64,000 bases of DNA from Arenicellales bacterium (GTDB lineage: Bacteria > Pseudomonadota > Gammaproteobacteria > Arenicellales > JAJDZL01), in the NCBI GenBank assembly GCA_965200425.1, contig CBDAUA010000002.1, forward strand, positions 65,392-129,391, read 5' to 3'. The first letter of the stretch is position 1, and every line of letters starts with the position of its first letter. Positions 40,259-51,640 of this stretch are shown one piece after another. A program made the translations under genes and the position numbers. A model generated the notes under the pieces. It was given only the letters and a program-made list of their open reading frames with translations, was not told the origin of the DNA and did not search any database.

Positions 40259-42274
40259 CTAAGTGTTGATTTGTTGTAGAACTGCTTGCTCCACCGCCTC
40301 GGCCGTTAAGTTGAATAGTTTATACAATTCGTTACCAGGTGCTGATTCGCCGAATGAATCTACCCCCATAATTTTTCCCAATGGACCTGCATATTTTGCC
40401 CAAAGTGCAGTTACTCCCGCCTCAACCACTACTCTGGCCTGAACATCGGGTGACACAACCGAATCCTGATAATCGGATGGCTGAGATTCAAATACATCCA
40501 CTGATGGCATGGAAACCACTTGTACACGGACGTTCTTTGCTTGAAGTGACTGGGCAGCTGCAACCGCCAATGCAACCTCTGTTCCAGTTGCGATGATCAA
40601 AGCCTGCGGTGGCTCATCACAGTGTATTAACACATAACCACCCTTTGCGATCTGTTCGACTTGACTAGAAGTGCGTGGCTGCGGCGGAACACCCTGTCTC
40701 GAAAACAGTAGACTCGTTGGCCCCGATTTTCTTTCAATCGCTGCTTTCCATGCGACAAGTGACTCTTGAGTATCGCAAGGTCTCCAAACCGACATATTTG
40801 GAATCAAACGAAGGGTTGCAGCTTGCTCAACGGCTTGATGTGTGGGCCCGTCTTCGCCCAATCCGATCGAATCGTGTGTGTAAACAAAAATTGCTTGAAT
40901 TCCCATCAATGCTGCCATCCGAACAGCATTTCTGGCGTATTCGGAGAACATCAAAAAAGTTGCGGCATAGGGGATTAAACCTCCATGCAATGCGATTCCG
41001 TTGGAGATCGCTGTCATGCCGAACTCTCGAACCCCGAAGTACAGATAATTTCCGTTGGCGTCACTACCTGTAATTGCCTTCGAACGATTAAAGTAGGTCA
41101 AGTTAGATCCTGTCAGGTCAGCTGATCCTCCGATCAATTCTGGAAGTTCTGAGCCAAACGAATTTAATGCAACTTTCGATGACTGACGGGTCGCAAGTGG
41201 TTTTGCGTTCTTACCAATCTCATGGATCATCTGAGAACTATGTTCTTCCCAGTTCGAAGGCAGCCGCCCTTCGACCCGACGCATGAATTCCTCTGCCAAT
41301 TCCGGATACTCTAGCCGATACGCTTGAAATCGTTGTTCCCACTCCACTTCCGCTCGAGCACCTTTGGAACTCCCATCGAAAGCATCATAAATGAACTTAG
41401 GAATTTCAAATTTTTCGTATTTCCAACCGAGATTTTCCCGCACTAGTTGAATTTCTGCGAAACCAAGTGGCGTACCGTGTACTGAAGCAGTAGCTTGCTT
41501 GTTTGGAGCCCCCCATCCAATTAATGTCTTACAACAGATCAGACTAGGCTTATTGGATTCGTGTTGTGCAGCTTCTATTGCCTCTCGAATTTGTTGAGGA
41601 TCATGCCCATCTACATCGGGAACGACATGCCAACCGTAGGAAAGAAATCTTTGAGGAATGTCTTCAGTAAACCAGCCCGATACCTCCCCATCTATGGAGA
41701 TGTTATTGTCATCGTAAATCACGATCAATTTATTCAGTTGGTGAGTTCCTGCAAACGAAGCTGCTTCATGGGAGATACCCTCCATCAAACAACCGTCACC
41801 GGTAAATACATAGGTATAGTGATCCACTATCTCGTGCCCAGGTCGATTGAATTGAGCCGCCAAGACCTTTTCTGCAAGCGCAAAACCGACTGCATTTGCT
41901 AAACCTTGAGCCAGCGGCCCTGTCGTAGTCTCAACTCCAGGTGTTACACCGTATTCTGGATGACCAGGCGTTTTAGAGTGTAGTTGTCGAAATTGTCGTA
42001 TTTCATCGAGAGGAAGATCGTATCCTGAAAGATGTAACATGGCATAAATCAGCATCGAACCATGACCGTTTGACAAAACGAATCGGTCTCGATCAATCCA
42101 ATTTGGGTTTTTGGGATTGTGCTTTAAAAAATCATTCCACAACACTTCTGCGATATCGGCCATGCCCATCGGCATTCCGGGATGCCCGGAATTTGCTTCT
42201 TGAACAGCGTCCATCGAAAGTACTCGAATCGCATTTGCTTTTTCTCGTCGAGTAGGCGAGCTTGATTGGTGCAT
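40259..42274 (-). CDS. tkt: transketolase
   Basis: 671 aa. [41 protein letters not shown]. Confidence 0.93.
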   Translation of the reverse strand: MHQSSSPTRREKANAIRVLSMDAVQEANSGHPGMPMGMADIAEVLWNDFLKHNPKNPNWIDRDRFVLSNGHGSMLIYAMLHLSGYDLPLDEIRQFRQLHSKTPGHPEYGVTPGVETTTGPLAQGLANAVGFALAEKVLAAQFNRPGHEIVDHYTYVFTGDGCLMEGISHEAASFAGTHQLNKLIVIYDDNNISIDGEVSGWFTEDIPQRFLSYGWHVVPDVDGHDPQQIREAIEAAQHESNKPSLICCKTLIGWGAPNKQATASVHGTPLGFAEIQLVRENLGWKYEKFEIPKFIYDAFDGSSKGARAEVEWEQRFQAYRLEYPELAEEFMRRVEGRLPSNWEEHSSQMIHEIGKNAKPLATRQSSKVALNSFGSELPELIGGSADLTGSNLTYFNRSKAITGSDANGNYLYFGVREFGMTAISNGIALHGGLIPYAATFLMFSEYARNAVRMAALMGIQAIFVYTHDSIGLGEDGPTHQAVEQAATLRLIPNMSVWRPCDTQESLVAWKAAIERKSGPTSLLFSRQGVPPQPRTSSQVEQIAKGGYVLIHCDEPPQALIIATGTEVALAVAAAQSLQAKNVRVQVVSMPSVDVFESQPSDYQDSVVSPDVQARVVVEAGVTALWAKYAGPLGKIMGVDSFGESAPGNELYKLFNLTAEAVEQAVLQQINT

Positions 42275-42386
42275 AGGCTTTATTGGCGCTTAGTTTGATT
42301 CCAAATTAAAATTATTTCAAGAAATTGAAGGATTTATAACAACAAAAACCAGCTCAATGCTGGTCCAAGATTCTTTCGCAAAACTT

Positions 42387-43145
42387 CTACACTTCAAGTA
42401 TATAGTTTACCTGAAAATTTGGGTTTCCATGCCCATTGTTTTGGTATGAATAGCCTCTTGGATTAGAAATTACGCGCGTGGAACCAATCCAGTAATCGAC
42501 GGATTCGTGAGTGTGTCCGTGGATCCAGAGTTTTGCGCCACTTCGTTCAATCAATTCATCCATTGCTGAGGCGTAGGCGGCAGACCACTCGTGTCTGATG
42601 CGTTCATACTTTAAAGAAGCACGAGACGGTGCGTGATGAGTCACCACGATAGTCTTCGTTTTATCCGCCACCGGTTCACTGAATTGCGTTTCAAGGTATG
42701 CGCGCGATTCGAGATGAAAATTGAATGTATCACGCGGTCGCAACTTTTTTTTGTTCCAATAAATCAAACGGTAGTCATTCATCAATCTAGCAAATCGACG
42801 AATAGCGAGATTTGCATCTCCGTTTAGAGCAAAATCGGTCCAAAGTGTTGAACACAAAAAACGCACCTGATTCAATTGAACGGACTGATTTTCACAAAAA
42901 TGAACGTTCGAACCATTTGCTTCGTGTCGAAGACTTTGAAATACGGCCTCGATTTCACCGTGATAAAACTCATGGTTACCGCAAATATAGATAACGGGAA
43001 GCTGAGAAAACACTCTCTTCGCCCATTTGATTCCTTCACATCCGAGGTGAATGTCACCTGCGAGAATAACTGCGTCGTAACCAGTTTTCGGCACCTCAAG
43101 CGCCGAAAATTCAAGGTGTAGATCGGAATAGATAAGTAGCTTCAT
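42387..43145 (-). CDS. metallophosphoesterase (calcineurin-like)
   Basis: 252 aa. YSDLHLE, GDIH, GNHEFY, THHAP, GHTH. Confidence 0.75.
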   Translation of the reverse strand: MKLLIYSDLHLEFSALEVPKTGYDAVILAGDIHLGCEGIKWAKRVFSQLPVIYICGNHEFYHGEIEAVFQSLRHEANGSNVHFCENQSVQLNQVRFLCSTLWTDFALNGDANLAIRRFARLMNDYRLIYWNKKKLRPRDTFNFHLESRAYLETQFSEPVADKTKTIVVTHHAPSRASLKYERIRHEWSAAYASAMDELIERSGAKLWIHGHTHESVDYWIGSTRVISNPRGYSYQNNGHGNPNFQVNYILEV

Positions 43146-43348
43146 TTGCGTTTGCTAGGCACCATTCATCAAGTTTGATGTAAGGAATACCCCTTCATTC
43201 AATTGAGTATAGAGGATTGCATTCTGCAGAGTTCCATCCGAGCGCGATTTATCGATAGATGAGTCGCAGGCTATTCGAGCAAATACAAAAATTTTTTTCA
43301 TCAATATAATTTAAACTGATATCAAACTAAATTTCTGTTTCTCGAAAT

Positions 43349-43903
43349 ATGACTTGGTTAACCAATCAGTTTTTGATCGCAATGCCATTTTTGACCGATT
43401 CTCTGTTTGAAAAAACAGTTGTTTTGGTTTGTCAACACGACGAAGATGGTGCATTGGGGATCGTTGTTAACAAAACAACTGGGCTTTTTCTGGAAGATAT
43501 CTTGACAGAACTGAATTTGCAATACGAATCCGTACCCAGTTTGAGATCTCCTGTGTTTTACGGTGGACCGGTTCAGATGCAAAGAGGATTGATTCTTCAC
43601 GATTCGAAAAGGTCTTGGGCGGCGACCATTCCAATTGGCAATCATTTGGGCTTGACGATGTCAAAAGACGTGCTAGAAGATATTTCTGTCAACAGAGGAC
43701 CGGAATTGTGCTTGCCAGTGCTTGGTTTTTCTGGATGGGGAAGTCAACAACTAGAACAAGAAATGCGCGACAACTACTGGCTTTCAACTCCTGTCGATAA
43801 TTCCATAATATTTGACACTCCGATCAATGAAAGGTGGCAAAAAGCTGCTTCTATCGTCGGAATTGATATCACCTCGATGTCAGGTTTTACAGGGAACGCA
43901 TAG
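43349..43903 (+). CDS. YqgE/AlgH family (UPF0301) protein
   Basis: 184 aa. LIAMPFLTDSLFEKTVVLVCQHDEDGALGIVVNK and GGPV. Conserved position upstream of ruvX. Confidence 0.8.
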   Translation: MTWLTNQFLIAMPFLTDSLFEKTVVLVCQHDEDGALGIVVNKTTGLFLEDILTELNLQYESVPSLRSPVFYGGPVQMQRGLILHDSKRSWAATIPIGNHLGLTMSKDVLEDISVNRGPELCLPVLGFSGWGSQQLEQEMRDNYWLSTPVDNSIIFDTPINERWQKAASIVGIDITSMSGFTGNA

Positions 43904-43942
43904 ATTTGAGATTAGCCCTAGTTTGGCATTGATTAAGTTTGA

Positions 43943-44389
43943 ATGTCTATTCCCAGCCCCAAAGATGAGGAAGTCGTAATTGGCATTGATTATGGACTCC
44001 GCCGCATTGGCATCGCGGTGGGCAATTCATTCTTTAAATCCGCTCAAGGTCTCGGGGTAGTCGAGGCTTTTGATGGCCGTCCCAATGAACACCAGATTGA
44101 GGAGTATGTCGACAGCTGGCAACCCACCAAGTTTGTTGTAGGGATGCCGGTTACAGCGGACATGAATGAAATACTCCTACATCGTAAGATCAAAAATTTC
44201 AGTAGATGGCTAAACAACAAATTTGAAATACCCGTCGAATTCGTCAACGAGAGCTTCAGCTCGATCGAAGCCGACTATCGCATGGCCAGTGCTGACACCA
44301 CAATCAAGAGAAAAGATAAGAAGAACATGCGTAATCAGTTGGCTGCTGAAATAATTTTAGAAACCTATTTTTCTTCCGATTGCGAGTAG
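43943..44389 (+). CDS. ruvX: Holliday junction resolvase-like / pre-16S rRNA nuclease
   Basis: 148 aa. GIDYGLRRIGIAVG and DES.SS.EA. Confidence 0.85.
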   Translation: MSIPSPKDEEVVIGIDYGLRRIGIAVGNSFFKSAQGLGVVEAFDGRPNEHQIEEYVDSWQPTKFVVGMPVTADMNEILLHRKIKNFSRWLNNKFEIPVEFVNESFSSIEADYRMASADTTIKRKDKKNMRNQLAAEIILETYFSSDCE

Positions 44390-44390
44390 G

Positions 44391-44921
44391 ATGAGCGACG
44401 ACAAGGCCCAATGTATTCCTCTGGATACTCCAGAAGTTCTGCCAATCGAAGCTGTTCTGCAAAAGATGACAGAACTCATGCAGCCATTGCTCAAGAAAAA
44501 TCCAATAATGGTTGCAATTCAGACTGGAGGGGTGTGGATTACGGAAAAACTACATGAATCACTCAAGATGGAGGAGCCCTTCGGCACTTTAGATATTTCC
44601 TTTTACCGCGATGATTTCAGCCAAATCGCAGTACATCCACAGGTTCATGGTTCCGTCTTACCGGTTGAAATTGATGATCGCCACATCATTGTCGTCGATG
44701 ATGTTTTACATACTGGCCGAACTGCTCGAGCAGCACTAAATGAATTGTTCGCTTGGGGCAGACCTGCTTCAGTCGGATTGGCTGTCTTGTTGGATCGCGG
44801 GAATCGGCAGTTGCCGCTTTGCGCTGACATTGTCGGTCATCGTATGTCACTTGAAAATGATCGATTCGTGAAAGTTACGGCGAATGGCCAGATTACATAC
44901 TCTAACTTCTCACCGAATTAG
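44391..44921 (+). CDS. pyrR: bifunctional pyr operon regulator / uracil phosphoribosyltransferase
   Basis: 176 aa. PRTase loop [17 protein letters not shown]. Confidence 0.85.
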   Translation: MSDDKAQCIPLDTPEVLPIEAVLQKMTELMQPLLKKNPIMVAIQTGGVWITEKLHESLKMEEPFGTLDISFYRDDFSQIAVHPQVHGSVLPVEIDDRHIIVVDDVLHTGRTARAALNELFAWGRPASVGLAVLLDRGNRQLPLCADIVGHRMSLENDRFVKVTANGQITYSNFSPN

Positions 44922-44932
44922 TTCTTGTTCTT

Positions 44933-45913
44933 ATGAGTTCGGACATTCAAATTGATGAGAATGGAAATCTACAACACCTTATCTCGCTAGAACCACTAAC
45001 TCGAAATTTAATCCTCGAACTTCTCGAGGAAGCCGAGTCCTATATTGATTTCGCAACTCGTGACATTCAGAAAGTTCCATTGCTAAGAGGAAAGACGATC
45101 GTTAATTTGTTCTTTGAACCGAGTACAAGAACCCAGACAACATTTGAAATCGCTGCAAAACGGTTATCCGCAGATGTAATCAACATGCGATCTAGCTCGT
45201 TGTCAACGTCGAAGGGCGAAACGATTTTAGACACGGTTAAAACACTGCAAGCAATGCACGTGGACCTGTTCGTCGTACGTCATTCATGCAGTGGAGCGGC
45301 CACGTTACTTGCTCATCACGCACCAAAGCCAATTCATATCGTCAACGCTGGAGATGGTCGGCATTCTCATCCAACGCAAGCTCTTCTAGATATGCTAACC
45401 ATTCGTCAATATAAGAAAGATTTCAGCAGTTTGACCGTGGCCATCGTCGGCGACATGCTGCATTCTCGAGTTGCACGATCAGACATTACTGCCTTACGAA
45501 AATTAGGGGCGAGAGAAATTCGATTAATTTCACCAAAAACATTGATCCCGACCGGGATTGAAACTCTAGGTGTGAAAATTTTCACCGATATGGACAAGGG
45601 GCTGAAAGACGTGGACATCATCATTATGTTACGTCTACAAATCGAAAGAATGGATGGTCAACTCATTCCCAGCCGACGTGAATATTTTCAGTGTTATGGT
45701 TTGACCCCAAAACGCGTTTCTTTAGCCAAATCAGACGTACTAGTCATGCACCCTGGGCCAATGAACCGAGGGCTCGAAATTGCGACATCCGTTGCTGACG
45801 GGAGGCATTCAGTAATTCTGCCGCAGGTATCGAATGGCATAGCTGTGCGAATGGCTGTCATTGCAAGAATCATGGGTAGTCATCGAAAACAACGAAGGGT
45901 GAATCAATCATAA
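44933..45913 (+). CDS. pyrB: aspartate carbamoyltransferase catalytic subunit
   Basis: 326 aa. [29 protein letters not shown]. Confidence 0.92.
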   Translation: MSSDIQIDENGNLQHLISLEPLTRNLILELLEEAESYIDFATRDIQKVPLLRGKTIVNLFFEPSTRTQTTFEIAAKRLSADVINMRSSSLSTSKGETILDTVKTLQAMHVDLFVVRHSCSGAATLLAHHAPKPIHIVNAGDGRHSHPTQALLDMLTIRQYKKDFSSLTVAIVGDMLHSRVARSDITALRKLGAREIRLISPKTLIPTGIETLGVKIFTDMDKGLKDVDIIIMLRLQIERMDGQLIPSRREYFQCYGLTPKRVSLAKSDVLVMHPGPMNRGLEIATSVADGRHSVILPQVSNGIAVRMAVIARIMGSHRKQRRVNQS

Positions 45914-47184
45914 CTACAGTAATTCGTGGTGGCAGGGTAATCGACCCCTCGGTTGGCCGAGACGAAGTCACTGATCTTTTCTTTTCTGATAATAAAATAC
46001 TACCTTCAGGAACGGCTGTTGATTTACATGTAACGAAAGAAATTGATGCAACTGGCCTTATCGTTTGCCCAGGATTGATTGATATCAATACGAAAATGGG
46101 TGAACCTAGTTCTGAACAGAAATCTACGATGAAAACCGAGTCGAAAGCTGCGATTGCTGGTGGCGTAACGACAGCCTGCATACAGCCTGACACTGAGCCA
46201 GTTGTCGATACAGCTGCGATGGCACATATGATCCGTAGAAACGCTCAGCAACACAGTGGCATTCGAATTGTTCCAATTGGTGCTTTAACACAGGGCTTGG
46301 CCGGTGATTCACTGACGGATATGGCGGCGCTGAAAGAGGCGGGCTGTGTGGGTGTAAGTAATGCTAGAACAGCGATCAGTAACACACTCTTGATGCGTCG
46401 AGCCATGCAGTACGCAGCGACTTTCGATATCACCGTTTTTATTCAATCCCATGATCCATGGCTAACCGGTAATGGCTGTGTCCACGAAGGTGAGTTAAGC
46501 ACTCGCCTTGGTCTACCAGCCATTCCTGAAGCCGCAGAAACGGTTGCGGTGGCACGCGATTTGGCTTTGGTTGAAACTACTGGTGTCCGTGCTCACTTCA
46601 ATCAGCTGTCTTGTGCACGTTCCGTCGACATGATTAGGGAAATGAGAACTCGAGGCTTGAAGGTGACTGCAGATGTCGCCATACACAATCTTTTACTCAC
46701 TGAATTTGCTGTTGACGATTTTAATGCTTTGTGTCATGTCTTGCCTCCTCTAAGAAGTAAGCTTGACCGGGAAGGACTACGACGAGGTCTCCTAGATCAG
46801 ACCATTTCCGTCATTTGCTCGGACCATTCGCCTTGCGGAATTGACGATAAACTTGCGCCTTTTTCAGAAACTGCAGCGGGAATCTCTGGGCTCGAGACAC
46901 TACTGCCTCTAAGCTTAAAATTGGTCGATGAAGGAGTGCTGGAACTTCCACAAGCGATTGCTTGCCTAACTCGTAATCCAGCACGAGTTTTGCAAGTTAA
47001 TGGCGGGACTCTAAAAGGCGGCTCACCCGCCGACATTTGCATCTTCGATCCGAATCAAAGTTGGAACTTTAGACCAAAAAAAATGCTAAGCGATGGAAAA
47101 AACAATCCTTTCGGTGGTTGGCAATTACGCGGAAAAGTAATGTATACAATTGTTGATGGAGTCATTCATTCTCGTTCAACTTAG
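45910..47184 (+). CDS. pyrC': dihydroorotase-like non-catalytic subunit (PyrC'-type)
   Basis: The track ORF starts at TTG 46075, but the same frame is open from 45880 and encodes a conserved DHOase N-terminus ([12 protein letters not shown]....[11 protein letters not shown]). There is no ATG/GTG/TTG upstream of 46075; ATA 45910 or ATC 45907 overlap the pyrB stop. The zinc-ligand HxH is replaced ([10 protein letters not shown]), and later sites read AIHNLL and SDHSPC. Confidence 0.7.
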   Translation: MTTVIRGGRVIDPSVGRDEVTDLFFSDNKILPSGTAVDLHVTKEIDATGLIVCPGLIDINTKMGEPSSEQKSTMKTESKAAIAGGVTTACIQPDTEPVVDTAAMAHMIRRNAQQHSGIRIVPIGALTQGLAGDSLTDMAALKEAGCVGVSNARTAISNTLLMRRAMQYAATFDITVFIQSHDPWLTGNGCVHEGELSTRLGLPAIPEAAETVAVARDLALVETTGVRAHFNQLSCARSVDMIREMRTRGLKVTADVAIHNLLLTEFAVDDFNALCHVLPPLRSKLDREGLRRGLLDQTISVICSDHSPCGIDDKLAPFSETAAGISGLETLLPLSLKLVDEGVLELPQAIACLTRNPARVLQVNGGTLKGGSPADICIFDPNQSWNFRPKKMLSDGKNNPFGGWQLRGKVMYTIVDGVIHSRST

Positions 47185-47697
47185 AGGCTCGGCAAAGTCG
47201 TAAATTCGATCCTCTGCGAGCTTCTGTAAATCGACTCGATTTAATGGAAATAAGGTATTCGGTGTTCCGGCCGCCGCCCAAACCTGATCATGCTTGAAAA
47301 GGTCAGCGTCGAAAATGACTTGTACATCCGAAGCTAATCCAGCAGGTGCAACTCCACCAATCGAAAAGCCAGTTTTTTCTCGTACAAAATTTGCATTTGC
47401 TATGTTGATTTTTTCACCAATAATTTCTGAAACTCGATCGATGCGTACACGATTACTACCACTTGTAACTGCCAAAATTGGACGTTCATTGGCGGTTTTG
47501 AAGACAATTGATTTTGCAATTTGAGACAGCGAACAATCGAGTGTAGCTGCAGCTTGTGCCGATGTCCTTGTTTCGTGATCCAAGAATTTAATGTCACATT
47601 GAATGTCTATCTTCGCTAGTGCAGCAAAGACTCGCATATTTGTTGTTTTCATTTTCATAGTTTGATTCTTTTGAGCATCTACGAATTTACCATTCAA
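47176..47697 (-). CDS. YbaK/EbsC-type aminoacyl-tRNA editing (deacylase) domain protein
   Basis: About 160-173 aa. ...SLSQIAKSIVFK.....PILAVTSGSNRV, GGVAP. Several candidate ATG starts (MKMKTTNMRVF). Its 3' end overlaps the pyrC' 3' end by 9 nt. Confidence 0.65.
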   Translation of the reverse strand: MNGKFVDAQKNQTMKMKTTNMRVFAALAKIDIQCDIKFLDHETRTSAQAAATLDCSLSQIAKSIVFKTANERPILAVTSGSNRVRIDRVSEIIGEKINIANANFVREKTGFSIGGVAPAGLASDVQVIFDADLFKHDQVWAAAGTPNTLFPLNRVDLQKLAEDRIYDFAEPLS

Positions 47698-47753
47698 ACA
47701 AAATTGCTGTTAGAATACACAAAATTTTCGACTTTTGTCATTAAGTTAAAAAA

Positions 47754-48455
47754 ATGAATACAGTTGATTTAAGCGCAAATTACCAAAATGTAATGACACG
47801 AATCCGACAAGCGGAGATCAGCGCAGGACGTAGCCCTGGATCAGTAGAACTCGTTGCCGTTGGCAAACTCCATCCTGCAACTTCCATTCGCTCTCTTGCA
47901 GGACTAGGCCAATTGGCTTTTGCCGAAAATTTCGTACAAGAGGCGATTCAAAAACAAAATAATCTCAATAATTTAGATATCGATTGGCATTTTATAGGAA
48001 GCATTCAAAGCAATAAGTCACGCTTGATTGCCAATAATTTTTCTTGGGTACACAGTGTTGAACGCTACAAAATTGCAAAACGTCTGAGCGATCAGCGGCC
48101 CACACAATTCGATCCACTCAATATTTGTCTTCAAGTTAATTTACAGCAAGAACAAACCAAATCTGGAATTCCAGAGTGCGAAATTTTACCTCTATTAGAG
48201 CAAATTATCGAATTGGCAGGAATCAGGGTTCGCGGACTGATGATTGTGCCAAAGCCAGTAACAAACCCTGAAGATCAGCGTCCTACCTTCGCACGACTTC
48301 GGAATATTTTCGAAGATCTGAATGCACGAGGCTATTCGATGGATACGTTGTCGATGGGTATGACAGATGATATGGGGCCGGCTATCGCCGAGGGTTCGAC
48401 ACATGTTCGAATTGGAACTGCACTTTTTGGGCCAAGACCCAAGAAGAATTTCTAA
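47754..48455 (+). CDS. yggS: YggS-family pyridoxal-phosphate homeostasis protein
   Basis: 233 aa. LVAVGKLHP (PLP lysine), HFIGSIQSNK, LSMGMTDD. Confidence 0.88.
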   Translation: MNTVDLSANYQNVMTRIRQAEISAGRSPGSVELVAVGKLHPATSIRSLAGLGQLAFAENFVQEAIQKQNNLNNLDIDWHFIGSIQSNKSRLIANNFSWVHSVERYKIAKRLSDQRPTQFDPLNICLQVNLQQEQTKSGIPECEILPLLEQIIELAGIRVRGLMIVPKPVTNPEDQRPTFARLRNIFEDLNARGYSMDTLSMGMTDDMGPAIAEGSTHVRIGTALFGPRPKKNF

Positions 48456-48553
48456 TTTTTTTCTAGCTATTTCAATTCATTGCAGAAATTGAGTCGTCAG
48501 ACAAAGTAAAATAGAAAAATTCCAAATCAAAGCTACTTTCTTCCGTTTTACTG

Positions 48554-49393
48554 ATGCCTCCGTCTGACTATATTGATAACTCTTGCGAATCTATTGGATT
48601 CATCGGAGGTGGAAATATGGCGAAGAGCTTAGTCGGAGGCTTGGTTTCGAACGGCTTTTCACCGTCGTCGATACTAGTCTACGACCCACTACACGAAGCG
48701 ACAAACTATATGGTGGATCACTTTGGCGTACAGGTCACCAGTAGCAATGAAGAAACTATCTCCAAGTCAAAAAACGTGGTGCTTGCAGTGAAACCTCAGG
48801 TGATGCGCAAGGTCCTTGAACCCGAAATCGCTGTTCTTCAAGAGTTTCGACCTTTACTTATTTCCATTGCAGCAGGCGTACAAATAAAAGACTTGGATCA
48901 TTGGTCAGGCGGCAATTTGAGCATTATTCGAGTTATGCCGAATACTCCCTCTCTGATACAAAAAGGGGTTTCTGCACTTTATCCAAATTCAATTGTTTCA
49001 AAACAGCAACTACGATTTGCTGAAGATGTATTATCCGCTGTTGGGCAAACTGTGCTAGTTAGTTGCGAATCGGATTTGGATTCAGTCACCGCTTTGTCCG
49101 GAAGCGGTCCAGCTTATGTATTTTACTTTATCGAAGCGATGGAGCAAGCCGCTCAGAAGCTGGGAATCGACAGCAATATCGCCAATGTTCTAGTTACCGA
49201 AACTGCCGTAGGATCGACGTTACTTGCTGCTCAAAGCAGAGAGTCAGCCGCCGAACTTCGGGCGCGCGTTACTTCACCTGGTGGAACAACAGAAGCAGCA
49301 TTACGTGTACTTGAAAATGCGAACGTGAAGCATTATTTGGTAGAAGCGATCATCGCCGCGCAACAACGTTCGGTTGAAATGTCCAAATCATAA
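48554..49393 (+). CDS. proC: pyrroline-5-carboxylate reductase
   Basis: 279 aa. IGFIGGGNMA, AVKPQ, VTSPGGTTEAAL. Confidence 0.88.
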   Translation: MPPSDYIDNSCESIGFIGGGNMAKSLVGGLVSNGFSPSSILVYDPLHEATNYMVDHFGVQVTSSNEETISKSKNVVLAVKPQVMRKVLEPEIAVLQEFRPLLISIAAGVQIKDLDHWSGGNLSIIRVMPNTPSLIQKGVSALYPNSIVSKQQLRFAEDVLSAVGQTVLVSCESDLDSVTALSGSGPAYVFYFIEAMEQAAQKLGIDSNIANVLVTETAVGSTLLAAQSRESAAELRARVTSPGGTTEAALRVLENANVKHYLVEAIIAAQQRSVEMSKS

Positions 49394-49416
49394 GATGCCA
49401 ACAAATACTTTCTAAA

Positions 49417-49992
49417 TTGACAATACCCATTTCCGTGCAATATCTCCACACTATAGTCAAATTATTTGCTGTGCTCGCGGTCGCGCGCGCACTGCTGCAG
49501 TATCTTAATGCAGATTTCAACAATGTTGTTTCACAGTTCATTTTTCGTGTTACTGTTCTTCCCATCAAAGTCTTACGAGTGTTTGTTCCGCGTGTTGGAG
49601 GCAAGGACCTATTGTCACCTCTGGTCTTGGCTCTTTTAATTACGAGCCTTGAGAGATACCTTTATTTCAAGGGAATCGGTACTGACGCTCAAGTGCTCGG
49701 CTTGATCGTGCTAACTTTTTCGAAGGTTATCGAGTATGCACTCGGGCTGATGGTCGTTGCAATTATAGGTGTCGTAATATTTAGTTGGATATCGACTTCA
49801 AGTCGATTCACCGGAATTTATCGGTTAGTGATAACGCTGACACAACCACTTATGGTACCGATCGGCCGCTTTTTCCCAGCCCAGTTTGGAGGGTTGGACT
49901 TCACGCCCATTATTGCTCTTTTGCTACTTGAACTGACGGAATGGATCGCTGTTGGTATATTGGAATCTGTCGGGTATGGTATGATTCTCTGA
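49417..49992 (+). CDS. yggT: YggT-family membrane protein
   Basis: 191 aa with two YggT-like repeats (FGGLDFTPIIALLLL). TTG start. Conserved position after proC. Confidence 0.75.
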   Translation: MTIPISVQYLHTIVKLFAVLAVARALLQYLNADFNNVVSQFIFRVTVLPIKVLRVFVPRVGGKDLLSPLVLALLITSLERYLYFKGIGTDAQVLGLIVLTFSKVIEYALGLMVVAIIGVVIFSWISTSSRFTGIYRLVITLTQPLMVPIGRFFPAQFGGLDFTPIIALLLLELTEWIAVGILESVGYGMIL

Positions 49993-50038
49993 CTACTCCT
50001 GCAATCAAGTCTTCAATCATCGCACAAAACTGATACAG

Positions 50039-51589
50039 ATGTCTTCTGCAACGCAAACTTCAACCAACTCCAGTTGGATTCAATCTTTTAAAGGAATCAC
50101 CAATCCAAGGGCGATATGTATGTTGTTCTTGGGATTTTCAGCAGGATTGCCCTTGTTATTGGTGTTTGGTACCCTATCGGTTTGGTTACGAGAAGCAGGA
50201 ATTGAGCGCGCTACAGTAACCTTCGTTAGTTGGGCTGCTTTGGGCTATTCGTTCAAGTTCGTCTGGGCACCCATTGTTGATAGGCTTCCTGTCCCGTACT
50301 TGACAGGAAGATTTGGACGTCGCCGGGCCTGGCTGTTGGTTTCACAATTTGCCGTCATGTTCGCGTTGATGTGGACATCCTTATTTGATCCACAGACCGA
50401 TTTGCTTACATTGACTGTGGTCGGGGCAATTTTGATTGGTTTTACATCCGCGACACAGGATATTGTCATAGACGCTTATCGCATCGAGTCAGCACCTCCC
50501 GAACTACAAGGCATGCTATCGGCGACCTATATCATAGGTTACCGCATTGGTATGGTTGTCGCCGGTGCCGGAGCACTATGGTTAGCGGAGTTTATCGGTG
50601 GTAACCACTATAGTTATCGTGCGTGGTCTTTGGTCTATCAGCTGATGGCCTGCTTTATGCTGGTCGGTGTGGTAACTACACTACTTAATCCAGAGCCGAA
50701 AACCGAAGAGAATTCTCATAGTTCTTTTTCCACTACATCGGACTACTTACGATTCTTCTTGGTATTTGCGTTAGCAGTCATTGCTTTTGCATCTGGATTT
50801 TTGCTTACCGCCGATATCGCAGCTTCTTTGAAGTCTACGCTAATCAACTACATGGGATTCAACAAAGTTGCTTCGGGCTTTTTTACAGAATCCCTACGAA
50901 CTTTGTGTTCGATTTCACTCGCAGCTTTGGTCGCTTGGGCTTTGGTTTCACTAAAACTAGTGCACGCTGATCACATTCGAGAAACATATGTAAATCCAGT
51001 TGCGGAGTTCTTTGTTCGCTACGGGCGAGTCGCTCTGATTATTCTTCTACTAGTGTGCATTTACCGAATTTCTGATATTGTGCTCGGAATCGTCGCGAAC
51101 GTGTTCTATCTTGATATGGGATTTACGAAATCTCAGATTGCACAGTACTCAAAATTTTGGGGATTAATGGCTTCTATCGCGGGCGGACTACTAGGGGGCG
51201 TACTCGCGCTTCGATACGGCGTTATTCGTGCTCTACTGCTTGGCGCAATTCTCGCTCCTTTATCCAATCTTCTATTTTTAATGTTGGTTGGTAATCCCGT
51301 AACTCAAATGTTGCTCTTTGTCGTGGTTCTAGATAGTTTAAGTGCAGGAGTGGCTTCAGCGGCATTTGTAGCGTATTTATCAAGCCTCACCAACATCCGA
51401 TTTACCGCAATGCAATACGCAATCTTTACATCGATTATGTTGTTGTTTCCGAAACTCATCGCTGGATATTCGGGTACGATCGTTGACGGTTTGGGGTACG
51501 AAATATTCTTCGTGATCACTGCTGCTATCGGTATCCCTGTTATCGCTGTCGTATTTTGGGTGCAACGACTTAGCTTACATGACCAATAA
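50039..51589 (+). CDS. ampG: AmpG-family muropeptide MFS transporter
   Basis: 516 aa, 12-14 TMs. LGFSAGLPLLLVFGTLSVWLREAG, GRRRAWLL. Confidence 0.8.
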   Translation: MSSATQTSTNSSWIQSFKGITNPRAICMLFLGFSAGLPLLLVFGTLSVWLREAGIERATVTFVSWAALGYSFKFVWAPIVDRLPVPYLTGRFGRRRAWLLVSQFAVMFALMWTSLFDPQTDLLTLTVVGAILIGFTSATQDIVIDAYRIESAPPELQGMLSATYIIGYRIGMVVAGAGALWLAEFIGGNHYSYRAWSLVYQLMACFMLVGVVTTLLNPEPKTEENSHSSFSTTSDYLRFFLVFALAVIAFASGFLLTADIAASLKSTLINYMGFNKVASGFFTESLRTLCSISLAALVAWALVSLKLVHADHIRETYVNPVAEFFVRYGRVALIILLLVCIYRISDIVLGIVANVFYLDMGFTKSQIAQYSKFWGLMASIAGGLLGGVLALRYGVIRALLLGAILAPLSNLLFLMLVGNPVTQMLLFVVVLDSLSAGVASAAFVAYLSSLTNIRFTAMQYAIFTSIMLLFPKLIAGYSGTIVDGLGYEIFFVITAAIGIPVIAVVFWVQRLSLHDQ

Positions 51590-51640
51590 ACCGAGCGTCA
51601 CATCACAGCTGGAACATAAAGAAGACAATTACAGCATCTT

